A stretch of DNA of 64,000 nt, from positions 2,698 to 66,697 of the IMG/VR virus record IMGVR_UViG_3300030333_002409, one strand, 5' to 3'. Every line of letters starts with the position of its first letter. The first letter of the stretch is position 1. Made by a program: the position numbers and the translations under genes. Shown piece by piece: positions 44,781-56,500 of the stretch. The notes beneath the pieces are model-generated. The model saw only the letters and a program-made list of their open reading frames with translations, was not told the DNA's origin and did not search any database. This DNA is from a virus.

Positions 44781-47084
44781 ATGGCAACAGTTAAGCTTAC
44801 CTTTGCAGGGGATAGTGGCCTAAATTGGCAGACCGGTCAGCCCACCCCTAATCACTCATATGCGTCAGTCTTATTGTTAGACGATAGACCGCATAGTGAG
44901 CAGTTGAAAGCTTATTATCCCTGCGATGATGGCAAGGATACTCCGCTATTAGTTACATTTGACGAAATAAATAGAACTTTTAATGTCAATGAAATACAGC
45001 TTTCTGCTCCCTGTGGGAAAAGCGACTATGATCCACGGTCTGACGATGTAGTTTTATATAGAGAAACTCAATTAGACCCCAGCTATGTTACGTTTACTGA
45101 CGGAGCTAAGCTAACCGCAGCTACCCTGAACCTTGAAACAGATCAGTTACTCCACCTTATTCAAGAACTGGATGCGAGATTAGAAGAAACTAATCCCTAT
45201 TGGAAAGTTCTACCGGATTTTACATGCGAGCTTACGGCTTCTATACAATGCGATGTTACGGATCTTCTTGCCAGAATGACGCAAGAAGAGCTAAACGTTG
45301 ATAACCTACAGACATGGGTAGGCGGCCAGACAACAAACAACAGCAACATTCCTCATAAATGGAATTATACATTAGATAGAGATGTTATAGAGCTTGCGGA
45401 TGGTAACATGAGCCCGGCTTTCTACAACGTCGCCTCTTTATTTGATCACTCCAGAGCTTTACATCACTATGTTAGGGATCTACGAGACGATGTTAACTGG
45501 TTGTTGGGACAAGCCCCTGCTTATGACGGTGCTTATGTAGAGTCTGTGACTTCTCTTGCTCCTTGTGATGCCGAGGGAACTCCCGGTCTTCCTACAACGG
45601 GATGTTCTTATGTCAAACTTACGTTTAATATGTCACATGGGGTTAAACATGAGGTAATTTATCCAGCAAATCCTTATATCACAGATATATCTGGAAACGA
45701 TACCAGCCACCAGTTTAGCCTTACCTTTACTTACTGTGATGGGTCTACTGAATTAGTCGGTCCATTCAGTAAATTTCAGGGGCCGCAAGGAGATGTCGGA
45801 CCTGAAGGACCAAGGGGAAACAAAGGGGACGGCTTCTTCTGTTGGAGGACTGGACCTCTTATGGAACTAGGACATGAAACCCCTAATATGAATAACCTCC
45901 CCCAAAGTTACTCAAACATATGTTACTTCGTGACTTATGATGAACCTGTAGAAACTAACCCATTAAAGGGCGTAGCCGGGGGTCTTATGCAAGAACTGTC
46001 CCCTCAGTTTGGCGGTCCCGGAAACACAGTTAATGGAACTGGAGATTACTCTGGTTACATTCTACGGTATCAAGATATGGGAGGACATTTTAAGTGGGTA
46101 TCTACAGATACACAGTGGTTCCAAGGAGCCCAAGTAAGTGGAGCACCTGTAAAATACTTTTGGAATAGTACACAAGCCGACGCGCTTACGTATCCTATCT
46201 TAAACTCAGGTAGTTTTATGGTAGATACTCCGGACGATCTTACTACAGTGGAACTTCTTCGGTTGCCCTATGTGGATGCAACTGGAAATGATTTAGAGGT
46301 GTTGCTTACCGCCTATACCCAAGGAGTGCGATATCACGAAGATGATGGCATTGGCACAGTAATCTTGAGTAATGAGAAATCCCCCGGAAGGTGTGCTTTC
46401 TACAGAATAAACCACGTTATTGGAACGTGGTCTAACCTAAACGGAGAAGGCATAGATCTTGAAGTGGAACATTTAGGGAGCTCATCAAACTTTCCCTTTG
46501 ACTTACACGGAAATCCTGTTGTAGGTAGGGATAGGATTTGCTTTCATTTCCAAAAGCATGGACAAGTCCCTGCTAATACCCATTCGTGGTCTCAATTATT
46601 CTACGAGGATAATCCTAACTGGCATCCTCCCAATACGATTCTTACAACCATTCCACAAAATACTATCTTCATTGACTCGCTTATTAAAGTTCCAGATACT
46701 TGGAGTAATTTCGTTCTTAGGGCCGCGTCCGTACATACTGATCAGGAAATATTAGCAGTTAATACGGGACTAGATCCTAGATTAAAGTTTACTGTTTGGT
46801 ATACGTCAGCCTATCGAATAGAAACCCAAGAGCCTGATGATTGGACTATAGGAGCCCAAAGTATTGGAACCATTCAATCATATGTTGGTCCAGATTATGC
46901 AAACCAACATAAGTATGCTGTCAAATGTTCCCCAAACTTTCAGGAAATAACCTTATCTCCTCCCAATAATGGATATATTTTTATACAGTCGAATTCTCAT
47001 CCAGCAGGAGTATTCCCTGATAACCCTAAACGAGCAAGATTACATTTGGAGCTAGATGGTCATGTACTACTTACCGGGACTTAA
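44781..47084 (+). CDS. Tail fibre 2 (gp17-like N-terminus, short collagen repeat)
   Basis: LYRET...FTDGAKLTAATLNLETDQLLHLIQE; GPQGDVGPEGPRGNKGD. Confidence 0.8.
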   Translation: MATVKLTFAGDSGLNWQTGQPTPNHSYASVLLLDDRPHSEQLKAYYPCDDGKDTPLLVTFDEINRTFNVNEIQLSAPCGKSDYDPRSDDVVLYRETQLDPSYVTFTDGAKLTAATLNLETDQLLHLIQELDARLEETNPYWKVLPDFTCELTASIQCDVTDLLARMTQEELNVDNLQTWVGGQTTNNSNIPHKWNYTLDRDVIELADGNMSPAFYNVASLFDHSRALHHYVRDLRDDVNWLLGQAPAYDGAYVESVTSLAPCDAEGTPGLPTTGCSYVKLTFNMSHGVKHEVIYPANPYITDISGNDTSHQFSLTFTYCDGSTELVGPFSKFQGPQGDVGPEGPRGNKGDGFFCWRTGPLMELGHETPNMNNLPQSYSNICYFVTYDEPVETNPLKGVAGGLMQELSPQFGGPGNTVNGTGDYSGYILRYQDMGGHFKWVSTDTQWFQGAQVSGAPVKYFWNSTQADALTYPILNSGSFMVDTPDDLTTVELLRLPYVDATGNDLEVLLTAYTQGVRYHEDDGIGTVILSNEKSPGRCAFYRINHVIGTWSNLNGEGIDLEVEHLGSSSNFPFDLHGNPVVGRDRICFHFQKHGQVPANTHSWSQLFYEDNPNWHPPNTILTTIPQNTIFIDSLIKVPDTWSNFVLRAASVHTDQEILAVNTGLDPRLKFTVWYTSAYRIETQEPDDWTIGAQSIGTIQSYVGPDYANQHKYAVKCSPNFQEITLSPPNNGYIFIQSNSHPAGVFPDNPKRARLHLELDGHVLLTGT

Positions 47085-47478
47085 GTTCTTAGGAGCTTTA
47101 CTTATTGTTTTAATCTTAGGAGGATGTAGTATCTTCCCTAAGAATACCTCAGCAACGTCTTCAATCCCAGTAGAGTCTATTAGCGACCTTGAAAAGATTG
47201 CGGCTATTGAAAACCTCACAATTCTTAGCGGAATAGGTGGTCTATGTCTACTAAGTGGAATGGTTTTACTTACTGTATCCCGAGGAACAATGGGATGGAG
47301 GCCAATTATAGGCGGCTTGAGCCTAATTATTCTAAACTTTGCTATCAGTCGGTACGCGTCTTGGATTTTTCTTCCGATTATCGGTGCTACTGGAGCTATC
47401 AGCCTCGCGTGGGGCTATAGAAATATCAGAGATATCTTAAAAATTCGTAAGGAGAAGAAAAATGGAATTCTTAAGTAG
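47056..47478 (+). CDS. Lipoprotein with additional TM helices (lysis-cassette candidate)
   Basis: Lipobox-like LILGGC, then 2-3 hydrophobic helices and a basic tail. Confidence 0.6.
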   Translation: MVMYYLPGLKFLGALLIVLILGGCSIFPKNTSATSSIPVESISDLEKIAAIENLTILSGIGGLCLLSGMVLLTVSRGTMGWRPIIGGLSLIILNFAISRYASWIFLPIIGATGAISLAWGYRNIRDILKIRKEKKNGILK

Positions 47479-47584
47479 TGTACTAGGTACAATATTCTTT
47501 ACTATCGTCGTGTTTACAGCCGGAGCCTTGATTGGTCGGCCATTATTTGATTGGGTTGTTAAGAAACTCCCGTGGACTAAGTGA
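47462..47584 (+). CDS. 40-aa single-TM protein
   Basis: Translated by hand: MEFLSSVLGTIFFTIVVFTAGALIGRPLFDWVVKKLPWTK; SD TAAGGAG. Confidence 0.6.
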   Translation: MEFLSSVLGTIFFTIVVFTAGALIGRPLFDWVVKKLPWTK

Positions 47585-47745
47585 TGGAGGGGACATTTGT
47601 GCTAGAACTTATCGTAGGGGGCGGTATCGTAGCAATGCTATGGAAAATGTCTCATCAAATCGGGTGCTTAACAACAGAAATGAAACGAACAAACAATCTT
47701 CTTTCTGATCATGAAGTAAGAATTAGAAAATTGGAGAAAACATGA
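47584..47745 (+). CDS. 53-aa TM plus coiled-coil protein (holin/spanin-like)
   Basis: Translated by hand; ends ...DHEVRIRKLEKT; TGATG coupling. Confidence 0.55.
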   Translation: MEGTFVLELIVGGGIVAMLWKMSHQIGCLTTEMKRTNNLLSDHEVRIRKLEKT

Positions 47746-47951
47746 ATAAGAAAAGCATGGAAAAACTTGGCGAAGTACTTGTTGATTGTACTATCTTTGC
47801 CTTAGAGAATAACCCCAGTCCGGGGTGGGCGGGAATCGCTAGAGGAATTCTAACTGATTACAGAGATATGGAAGGAGTCCTTCCTGAAGAAAGTTTAGAT
47901 CAAATTCGGCAGAAGATTGCTGAAGACGCACCTTTTAAATTCGGATCCTAG
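47742..47951 (+). CDS. Putative terminase small subunit (gp18-like)
   Basis: Size, P...ARGILTD pattern, ends APF; follows the holin-like ORF as in T7. Confidence 0.5.
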   Translation: MNKKSMEKLGEVLVDCTIFALENNPSPGWAGIARGILTDYRDMEGVLPEESLDQIRQKIAEDAPFKFGS

Positions 47952-47960
47952 GAGAAATAA

Positions 47961-50900
47961 ATGGCTGGAATGCGAACTGGCGGACCTAATTTTCCAAATA
48001 CTCCCCAAGACGGTGATCAGTTTAGGTGGATGTGGTGGAGTTGGGAATATAGTACTGATGAAAGTAAATGGAATGTTATAGAAAGGTTAGACAGTCCTGC
48101 CCAAGAAACTCCGGGATTAATATACTATACGCCGGGTCCCGGCATAGGGGAAGAAGAACCAGAATTAGATTATGAGTGGTGGTGGATTCCTCATGTAACA
48201 GATCCAGAAACAGGGGTTATTACTACGCATGGAAAGATGCATGTCCGAGACAGGTCCAATGTAGATTTTAGTGAGGACGTACTGGCCACCGAGGGGGGCG
48301 AGTGGCAGGAAATTCAGTTACAAACTGATAGTGACCCAACTCTTCGGGGAATACGAGGAAAGACTATATGGGCAGACTATGGTCCTCCAGAAACGAACTT
48401 AATTATTGATGGCAATAGGCCGAACTATCCTCCGGGTACTACCGGACCTCCCGGAGCAGGAGATGTTCCTAATAACTGGCCCTACTCTGGAGACGTAGAT
48501 GATCTTATTGGAGACATGTATATTGATTTAGCAACGCTAAAGCTTTATGGACCTAAGTATTTAACTGGTGCTAACAATGACCAGCCTACGTGGGGAGACG
48601 GAATCAGTTTATATGGCGATCCTAATATGATATGGAGAGGAGAATGGGATTGTCATTATGAATACGATTATATCGCTGCTCCTCACGATGTTGTAAGTCA
48701 TAGACAGGCTGATAAAAATATTGTCGAAACTTGGATCTGTGTGGATACTGTTACTCCTTCTTGTGAGACACCAGTACTGGTCCAGAATGTCTCCGCCAGT
48801 TTTGCGGATGCTGCTGGAGATATTGGACACCCTCCAGCATGTCGTACTGGAGACTTTGTATACTTTCGACACGATAAAACAAGCACTGACAGCTACCACT
48901 ACTGGATTCAGTTCGTTAATCATACGTTTGTAGAGGACGGCAATCCCGGAACTTATGCAGGACCGCCCTCCCTTCCAAGTGCAACCCCAAACGATGAAAG
49001 CGTTACTTATGATCATACCAATGTTAAGCATCACCTTGTTCAATGTAAGGTAGGCGGTCCTCACCATAGTAGATTTAGATTCCGAACTCCCGGCACAACG
49101 ACTTGGAACTATGAAAACGGAGCGAACGATTGGTTTACTACAGGCTATACTGGAGGCTCCGAAGCCGGAGGTGGAGATGATAATCAAAACTTCGACCTCA
49201 ACGCATACCAACCTTCTTGCTGGTCGACATCTGGCGATGATGATGTAGGAGACTGGGCCGACCAAGATAATGATGGGAATGGGGAAACTCCCAGACAGTT
49301 AATACCTGAGGTCGTATCCAATGCTATTATTTGGGTGGGTAGAACTCTTTACAATAATTACACTCTAGGTGAAAACTCATGGGCAATGAATTGGTGGTTT
49401 GAGTTTGCTTGGGGAGGAACCTCATTTGGTAACTGGTCCATAACAGACCATGGGACCGGAAGTGGTCCAGCACACCCTAAATTCTATCTGAGCGTAAAGG
49501 GCATGTTTTATCATCGAGGAAACTGTAACGGACAATACAGTTATTCTCCTCCTCAAGGACAGCCATGTGCGTCTCCTCAGTCATCTATATGGGGAGTCGT
49601 GAGAAGTGTCGCGTGTCCGGGTTCTGGATCTTTATATACCTACGATCTTACCAAGAATCAAACCGATGTACTGTCAAACACTGAGCCATACGAGGGTTCT
49701 CCTTATTGGGAGAGAATGTTAGGAGCGGGAGGCCACGGAGATATTTCTGTTGGCGGAGGATTTGGATACTTCACCGCAAAACAATCCGGAGTAGAGTTTA
49801 GATTCGGGGGATTCCATTCACAAGATTGGGAAGACCTTGGACAAATCCCCTACCCCGAAGTTTATTGGAGAGATTACAAAACCTTTGATCAGATCCCTAT
49901 GCTACAAGAGGATCCCGATGGGAATTACTTATCAATGGGACAGTCATGTAAAACGGACGCTTCTGGTCCCGAGGATATTGCAATTAATTATCCCTCGATG
50001 GACCCTACTGATCCTAATTATTCTCCTTATTACAAAGAATGGGGATTTACTGGAGCAAGTGACGGGGCTAGATGGATTAGAACAGTCGGTAGAAACTATG
50101 ATAAAACTCCTAAAGCCCCTTCCAGCGGTAATGCAATAGACTGGACAGACCACAACGATACATATATTGTGTTAGAAGATGGGGAATCAATAGGGGGAGA
50201 TACTGAAGAGTATCCGTTGCCAAACCATTGGTTATGTCTGAAGCCCGGGAACACCTATAAAATTACTATAGGTGCTTGGGTAAAGCCCCAATACTACCCC
50301 ATAATTGCAGACTCAAGCGTATCTAATTTAGCTCCCATTACTTGGAGGAAAACACAATTAGGACAAACTTCCACAAGTCCTCTTGATGATTTCCAGAACG
50401 GATGGTATGAGCTTATGCTCTTTACGTTCCCCTCCGCCTTTTCTGGAAGCGGTAATAACTACGTTACTCAGGCCGCTTATGGTGCTGTTAATCCCGAAGC
50501 TGTAGAGCAGGATTTTAGATTTGATACTACTGATCCAGTACCCGGAGAAAAAAACTGGTGGGTTCCTTTTAATACCCACATCCATGGAATTGGAAGTCCT
50601 AAGGATATTCAGATGTACGATGATTGTTTAATCGATCCTCGATTCTGTCTTTCCTACAGTCACTGTACTTTTGACGCTTCTGATTTCGTTGAGCATGATT
50701 CTCAATTACCCGCACAAATTACTGTTAATCAGAATGAAGATATTTTAGATAGGTATCGAGGATCAGAAAAGCCAAGCTGGGATGGTGGTAATAATGACTG
50801 GCATACAGGGGATCCAAATACATACAACATTAGAAATAATGGTAAGTATATTGAAAACACCTTCCTATATACTCCCACGGAAGAATTCCTTGCTACTGGT

Positions 50901-51179
50901 GTTCCCGGAAGTTCTTGGATAGGTCTGTATTATGATGCTTCGTGGTGGGCTAACGGGGTGTATTCCGCAAGGAATATTTTCAATCAAACGTGGTCGGGCG
51001 AACATACCACAGATATCGGCAGGGGTACGATGGCTTTCTATCCTGACGAAGCCGATGGTTGGTACGAATCAAATCCAGATAAGGTTGTTTCTGATTATTC
51101 AAATGATGAGCCCCCAACTTCTTCTTTACACCGTAAGGGAGGATTCTTAAGGATTGAATTAGTAAATGATGTCAGTTAG
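47961..51179 (+). CDS. Large fibre/receptor-binding-like protein
   Basis: NFPNTPQDGD N-terminus, GDMYID...LYGPK, WRGEW...DVVSH; G/W/Y/D-rich. Confidence 0.65.
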   Translation: MAGMRTGGPNFPNTPQDGDQFRWMWWSWEYSTDESKWNVIERLDSPAQETPGLIYYTPGPGIGEEEPELDYEWWWIPHVTDPETGVITTHGKMHVRDRSNVDFSEDVLATEGGEWQEIQLQTDSDPTLRGIRGKTIWADYGPPETNLIIDGNRPNYPPGTTGPPGAGDVPNNWPYSGDVDDLIGDMYIDLATLKLYGPKYLTGANNDQPTWGDGISLYGDPNMIWRGEWDCHYEYDYIAAPHDVVSHRQADKNIVETWICVDTVTPSCETPVLVQNVSASFADAAGDIGHPPACRTGDFVYFRHDKTSTDSYHYWIQFVNHTFVEDGNPGTYAGPPSLPSATPNDESVTYDHTNVKHHLVQCKVGGPHHSRFRFRTPGTTTWNYENGANDWFTTGYTGGSEAGGGDDNQNFDLNAYQPSCWSTSGDDDVGDWADQDNDGNGETPRQLIPEVVSNAIIWVGRTLYNNYTLGENSWAMNWWFEFAWGGTSFGNWSITDHGTGSGPAHPKFYLSVKGMFYHRGNCNGQYSYSPPQGQPCASPQSSIWGVVRSVACPGSGSLYTYDLTKNQTDVLSNTEPYEGSPYWERMLGAGGHGDISVGGGFGYFTAKQSGVEFRFGGFHSQDWEDLGQIPYPEVYWRDYKTFDQIPMLQEDPDGNYLSMGQSCKTDASGPEDIAINYPSMDPTDPNYSPYYKEWGFTGASDGARWIRTVGRNYDKTPKAPSSGNAIDWTDHNDTYIVLEDGESIGGDTEEYPLPNHWLCLKPGNTYKITIGAWVKPQYYPIIADSSVSNLAPITWRKTQLGQTSTSPLDDFQNGWYELMLFTFPSAFSGSGNNYVTQAAYGAVNPEAVEQDFRFDTTDPVPGEKNWWVPFNTHIHGIGSPKDIQMYDDCLIDPRFCLSYSHCTFDASDFVEHDSQLPAQITVNQNEDILDRYRGSEKPSWDGGNNDWHTGDPNTYNIRNNGKYIENTFLYTPTEEFLATGVPGSSWIGLYYDASWWANGVYSARNIFNQTWSGEHTTDIGRGTMAFYPDEADGWYESNPDKVVSDYSNDEPPTSSLHRKGGFLRIELVNDVS

Positions 51180-51195
51180 TAAACAAGGAGGTAAC

Positions 51196-52896
51196 ATGTA
51201 TGATCACATTCCTGCTGAGGTTGTCGAAGATTTTAGGAACCATTTGTACTTCTCGTTCAAGCACATGGGTCTGGGTGAACCTACACCTGCCCAGTACGCT
51301 ATGGCAGAAGCCTTACAAAACGGTCCCAAAGATATGCAACTACAGGCGGGTCGTGGATTTGGAAAGTCTGTTATTACGTCTTGTCTCGCATCGTGGTACT
51401 TACTAAGGAATCCCAATACAACTGTTATGGTTATCTCCGCCACTGCTAATAAAGCGGTCGAGTTTATTTCTATGACTAGAAAGATTTTAAACCTAGTTCC
51501 CTATTGTCATCATATGATTCCGGGGGACCACACTACAGACAATGCCTTTGGGTTCAACCTTCAGTGTAGGGATATGATTGGACAAGACCTTTCATGCTAT
51601 GCTAGGGGAATAACCTCTCAGATAACAGGGTCGCACGCCGATTACCTAATCTTCGACGATGTGGAAATCGAAGGAAACTGCGAAACTCAGGTTACTAGGG
51701 ATAAGCTTATGCATAAATGTCTCGAAGCCGAGCAGATTCGAAACAAAGGTGGAAGGGTCCTCTTCTTAGGAACTCCTCAGATTCAGGACTCCATCTACAA
51801 TCAGCTCTCATCGGGATACCCTATTACTAAGTTTCCTGCCGTCATGCCAGATAAGAGCGTTCCTTCTGAGTGCGATAATATCAATGACTGGATATGGGAA
51901 CTTGGGGTAGAGCCGGGGGAAGCAACCCAACCTGAACGGTTCGATTTAGAAACTCTAATGGAGAGGAAAGCCAAGGTCGGTCCCACCCTCTTTAGGCTCC
52001 ATTATCAGCTCGATACGTCAGCTGCCGATGAGGCCCTGTATCCGCTCCGTCTGGGCGATCTCTTAGTTTTGGACGTTGACCCCCAAGTGTGTCCTGAAAA
52101 GGTCGTGTGGGCTAGCTCCGTGCCTCTGAAGGGCATCCCTTCATTCGGCATGCACGGGGATACTTTATACGAGCCTATGTGGGTCTCTAAGGAGTATACA
52201 GAATACCAGCAAACAGCCATGTTCGTGGACCCATCGGGACGGGGGTCCGACGAAACGGCCATATGTATTGCCTCGATATGTAATGGGTACGTTTGGATTC
52301 ATGAGCTTGAGGGACTGGAGGGTGGATATGACGAGGCTACTCTTATGAGGATTGCTAAGTTAGTTAATCAATATAATTTAAAACTTATTATGGTGGAGGC
52401 TAACTATGGTGACGGAATGTTTAATCAGCTTCTTCGCCCTGTTATTGCTGAACGATGTGGGCAAGTTGCCATCGAAGAATATAAGGTGGGTGGCCAAAAA
52501 GAACTAAGGATGCTCGAATCTTTAGAACCTGCCTTGGCATCTCATAGGATAGTCTTCAATAAGTCTGCCATTAGGCAAGAAGAAACACAAAAACAAATAA
52601 CCAGATTAACAGGACGTAGGGGATGCTTAAGGCACGACGATAGAGTTGATGTCTTGTCTGCTGCGGTTTCCTTCTGGAAAGATAATCTAAGTGTTAATAT
52701 CGATAATGTTATCGAAAGAAACAAAGAACAAAAGAAATTAGATGAGGTCAATCATTGGGCAAAGGACTTCAGGGCAGGCGATGCTCTTGGTCACGGTGCT
52801 TATATCGAAGTGGGTCCGTCGAATAAAGATCGATTTAATCAGCCCCATTCGAATAAATGGATTACGAAACAACAAAGGAGGTCTAGATGGGTTTAA
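51196..52896 (+). CDS. Terminase large subunit (gp19-like)
   Basis: QAGRGFGKS, GSHADYLIFDDVE, LGTPQ, VDPSGRGSDET, HDDRVD; SD AAGGAGG. Confidence 0.96.
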   Translation: MYDHIPAEVVEDFRNHLYFSFKHMGLGEPTPAQYAMAEALQNGPKDMQLQAGRGFGKSVITSCLASWYLLRNPNTTVMVISATANKAVEFISMTRKILNLVPYCHHMIPGDHTTDNAFGFNLQCRDMIGQDLSCYARGITSQITGSHADYLIFDDVEIEGNCETQVTRDKLMHKCLEAEQIRNKGGRVLFLGTPQIQDSIYNQLSSGYPITKFPAVMPDKSVPSECDNINDWIWELGVEPGEATQPERFDLETLMERKAKVGPTLFRLHYQLDTSAADEALYPLRLGDLLVLDVDPQVCPEKVVWASSVPLKGIPSFGMHGDTLYEPMWVSKEYTEYQQTAMFVDPSGRGSDETAICIASICNGYVWIHELEGLEGGYDEATLMRIAKLVNQYNLKLIMVEANYGDGMFNQLLRPVIAERCGQVAIEEYKVGGQKELRMLESLEPALASHRIVFNKSAIRQEETQKQITRLTGRRGCLRHDDRVDVLSAAVSFWKDNLSVNIDNVIERNKEQKKLDEVNHWAKDFRAGDALGHGAYIEVGPSNKDRFNQPHSNKWITKQQRRSRWV

Positions 52897-53507
52897 TAGC
52901 AGGAGCAGCAATTCTCGGAGTAGCTGGAGCAGGTGCTGGCTATATGGCTAGTATGGAGCAAACTGCCAATGCCAATAACCAAGCATGGGCTAGCTACTTA
53001 AATAAAGAGCATCAAGCTCGGCTTCAAATCCAGAGAGAGAACGACAAACAAATCAGGGGATACCAAAAGCAGCTTCTTCAGAATCTGTATATTGGAAGAG
53101 CAGCTACTCAGACCAAGATTAGAAATAAGGCTTCGCTAAAAAGAGCAGCAATGGCACAGTCCCGAAGTCTTCATAATACTAACAAAGCAGCTTTCGATCT
53201 TTTAAAATCTTCAATCGGTTCTAGAAATGTCAGTAGCTCTTCTGGAACTGCTAGGGCTTTGAAAAGACAAGCACTTCATAATTGGTCAAATTCCTCAGCA
53301 GCTTTAACTCACAACCTGAAACAGCAAGATGCTCAAATCGATTTACAATATCAAAACACTCTTGCTCAAATGGGGACAGATGAATTCTTAACTAACTCTT
53401 ATATTGGCGGACAGGCTCCTCAAATGATTGACGGAACTTGGTCGGCAATAGCTGCTGGTGTCAGTGGCGGAACATCAGCAGCCGGTAGCATGGCCGCATG
53501 GAAATAA
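52887..53507 (+). CDS. Internal virion protein (gp14-like)
   Basis: Hydrophobic G/A-rich ends and a Q-rich helical middle. Confidence 0.75.
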   Translation: MGLIAGAAILGVAGAGAGYMASMEQTANANNQAWASYLNKEHQARLQIQRENDKQIRGYQKQLLQNLYIGRAATQTKIRNKASLKRAAMAQSRSLHNTNKAAFDLLKSSIGSRNVSSSSGTARALKRQALHNWSNSSAALTHNLKQQDAQIDLQYQNTLAQMGTDEFLTNSYIGGQAPQMIDGTWSAIAAGVSGGTSAAGSMAAWK

Positions 53508-53521
53508 TAAAGGAGAACTAA

Positions 53522-56500
53522 ATGCCAGCACCCGATAGTGGTAAAAGAAAAAAGGTAGGGATTGAATCTCAAATTCAGCAGCAAAATATTCTAGAGGACG
53601 TAGCTCAATTTAACGTTTCTCCCGAGAAAGCCCCAACCGTAACTGGTGGTCACCAATATCAGGGTCAGGCATATAGAGCGAATACGAGCAATACTTGGCA
53701 GGGCATAAACGCTATGTTCCAAGCTGGAACCCAAGCGGTTAGTACCGGCAAGCAGCTTTATGACATGTCTCAAGATCAGGGTGCAGAAGACGAGCGTAAG
53801 AGAATTGAAGAAGAAATGAATAGGATGCAGGAAGAGGGCATTGGACAGCAGGAACAATGGGCTTGGCTTGAGAATCAGAAAATTGAATATCAAGATCAGA
53901 ACGGAGTATGGTTCGGGGACTTAAGAAACCAAACCCAAAATATTAGCTATGCTGATCAATACAATGACGCTCAGACTGAGTTTGCTCAAAACGCCCATAC
54001 CATGAGTCCTGCTGCAAGAGTCACAGCGGCAAAGAATATCCAAGCTAGTCTACCTGAGAATCAACGATATAGAGCAGATGAGTTAGTTACAAATGCGATG
54101 CAGAACCAGCAAAGAAGCGTAGCGGCAAATGCTTCGCAAGCTGCTTTAGTTGATGTTGGTTTAGTAATTGATCAGAGAATGAGTACCTTCGAAGGTACGG
54201 AAGAACTTCTTATAGAACTGGAATCCCCTAGACCTGTCCTTGATGCCGAGGGTAATGAAACGGAAGAGCAATTTGCTTTAATTGAGGGAGCCTACGAGAT
54301 AGCCCGAACGGGAGATGTCGAAGAATTAAAGGTATTCGATGAGTGGATTAGAGCACAAGTTGTAGATCGCCTGCACGCACAAGATCCCGGAATGGACGCG
54401 GAGTATGTAGAGGGAGTTATTAGAAACATTTCTACAAGTTTCCGAAAGGGAATCTTAGAGTGGAGAGACAGAGCTCTTATTCTAGACTCGGCAGCGGCAC
54501 AGGAGATTGGAAACCATGCTGTCCAGCTAACTAACGGACGAGGCCCACAAGAACTTGATACCGCTATAACGGCTGCTGCTGCTGCTGTATCCGAAACACA
54601 CGGAAGGGAAGAGTCTAATGCTCTGGCACAACAACTCAATCAAAAACTATGGACTAACGTGTGGGTTGAAGCCAGTGAGGATGAGTGGATTGCATGGGCA
54701 GACGAAACTAACTTACCTCTTCAGATGCAGTGGTTTGGAGGAAGTCCTGATGATTTGGAAGGATTCCTCAGCGGTCAAGAACTTTTCCCTGAGCACTTAA
54801 TGGAACCTTGGGTTATGAATCCAAATAATCCAGTACATCGTCCATTGGTTGCTAAAGCGGTAATGAAGCAAAAGTATGATGATATGTTAAGAAGAGCTAA
54901 TGAGGGAGGAGAGACTGCAATCAGAGACAATCTCCTTGCCTTAGGAGCTGAACTAGAAGACCCAAATGATCCGTCTTCTCCAATTAAGTTCGGAGCACTT
55001 TGGGATTCCCGACGTTTACAAGAAGATAGAGAGATACTTATCGCAATCTCAGAGGATGCCCTTGCGGAACAAGTCGATACTTTCCAATCTCACGCTAACA
55101 ACGGAGATTTAGGCGGGATGCTTCATGGGGCTATTAACATGGCTGACACCGAAACATGGGAGGAAGTATTTAAAGATCTTCCTGAGCCAATCAGAAGGCA
55201 GTTAATGGAAGGAGTTAGAGCAGCCGGGACTAGCTTAAACGCAGCCCAGAATTTTGTTGCGGAGCTAGATCGAAGTATGCTTAAGCATATAGAAGATAAT
55301 ATGCCTCAGTGGATTAAACAAGGATTAGATGCTACTCAAGCAGCGAACCAAGCTAGTAGAGTATATAACCAATATAAGGGCGATATTCTCAGATCTAGTC
55401 TGCCTCCATCACAGAAAGTGGAGATGATAAACGGACTCGATTCTTCTATTGGAAAGGCTGAGGGTAGAATTGAATCACGTATGAACCAAATACATACGGC
55501 CAGCCAAGCGGGGACATCTCAATCTAGGGCAAGAGACACAGCCAATGACAAGTTAATAAGCGGAGAGGGAAACACTTCAGCATCTGTTGCGGCTATGGGA
55601 GGAGAGACTGACGCTACGGTTACTCAGGTAGCGACAACTCATCCGGGAGTAATGGCAGCTCAAACATTAACTATGGAAAGACTACAGGGGTTCTTCCCAC
55701 CCTTTGAAACTCGGGAAGAAGAAGAAACATTCTTCTATAGTCAGGCTAGATCGCTATATGGGGTTAACGTTCCCGATAGAAGGGCATGGCTTTTATACCA
55801 GCAAGACAAACAAGTAATTCAAGAGTGGCAAGGAGGAGGATCCTTTGCTCAGGTCTTTAATAAATTATCTCCAGAGCTTCAGAAATCTCTTCACTTTAAA
55901 CTTGATGAGGAAACTGGGGCTGTCATTATTAACCCAGAAGAACGAATCGCTAACATGTCTATGTTTAAGGCAACTACCGAAGCTAAGTATTATATTGAAG
56001 AGCTTGATAGTGATCGTAATGATTTAACGGCAGCCCATAGAACTACTATCAGGAAGAGAGCAGTAGCCAGACTTCAAGAAGCTACCGACGTAATTGATAA
56101 ATATTATATGACACTAAAGCCCGGACAAGTTCCTTCTGCTCAAGATGCTGAGAAAGTACAAGCAGCTTTAGCATACATTGTTCAATATGGAGTTAACTTT
56201 GATAACTCTCCTACAGCCCACTCTATCATGCAGACTGTCTATAATGGAGATAGATCAAATATAACTATGAGGTCTTTGAGGGTAATGATGCCTACTCTCA
56301 AATCTCTTTACACCGCTCAGGATTTGGGAGCAGCATCTCCCTCAGAAATTCTTAATCAGATGAGAGATGGACACCAAAACTTTTTAGTAATCCGAAGTCT
56401 TCTTACTCATGCTCAAGCATCTGCTCCGGGCGAAAGAACAGAAATCTTTACCGATGCTTCTATGGCTGTGGGTTTTCTGACAAATGGTTCCCAAGATTTG

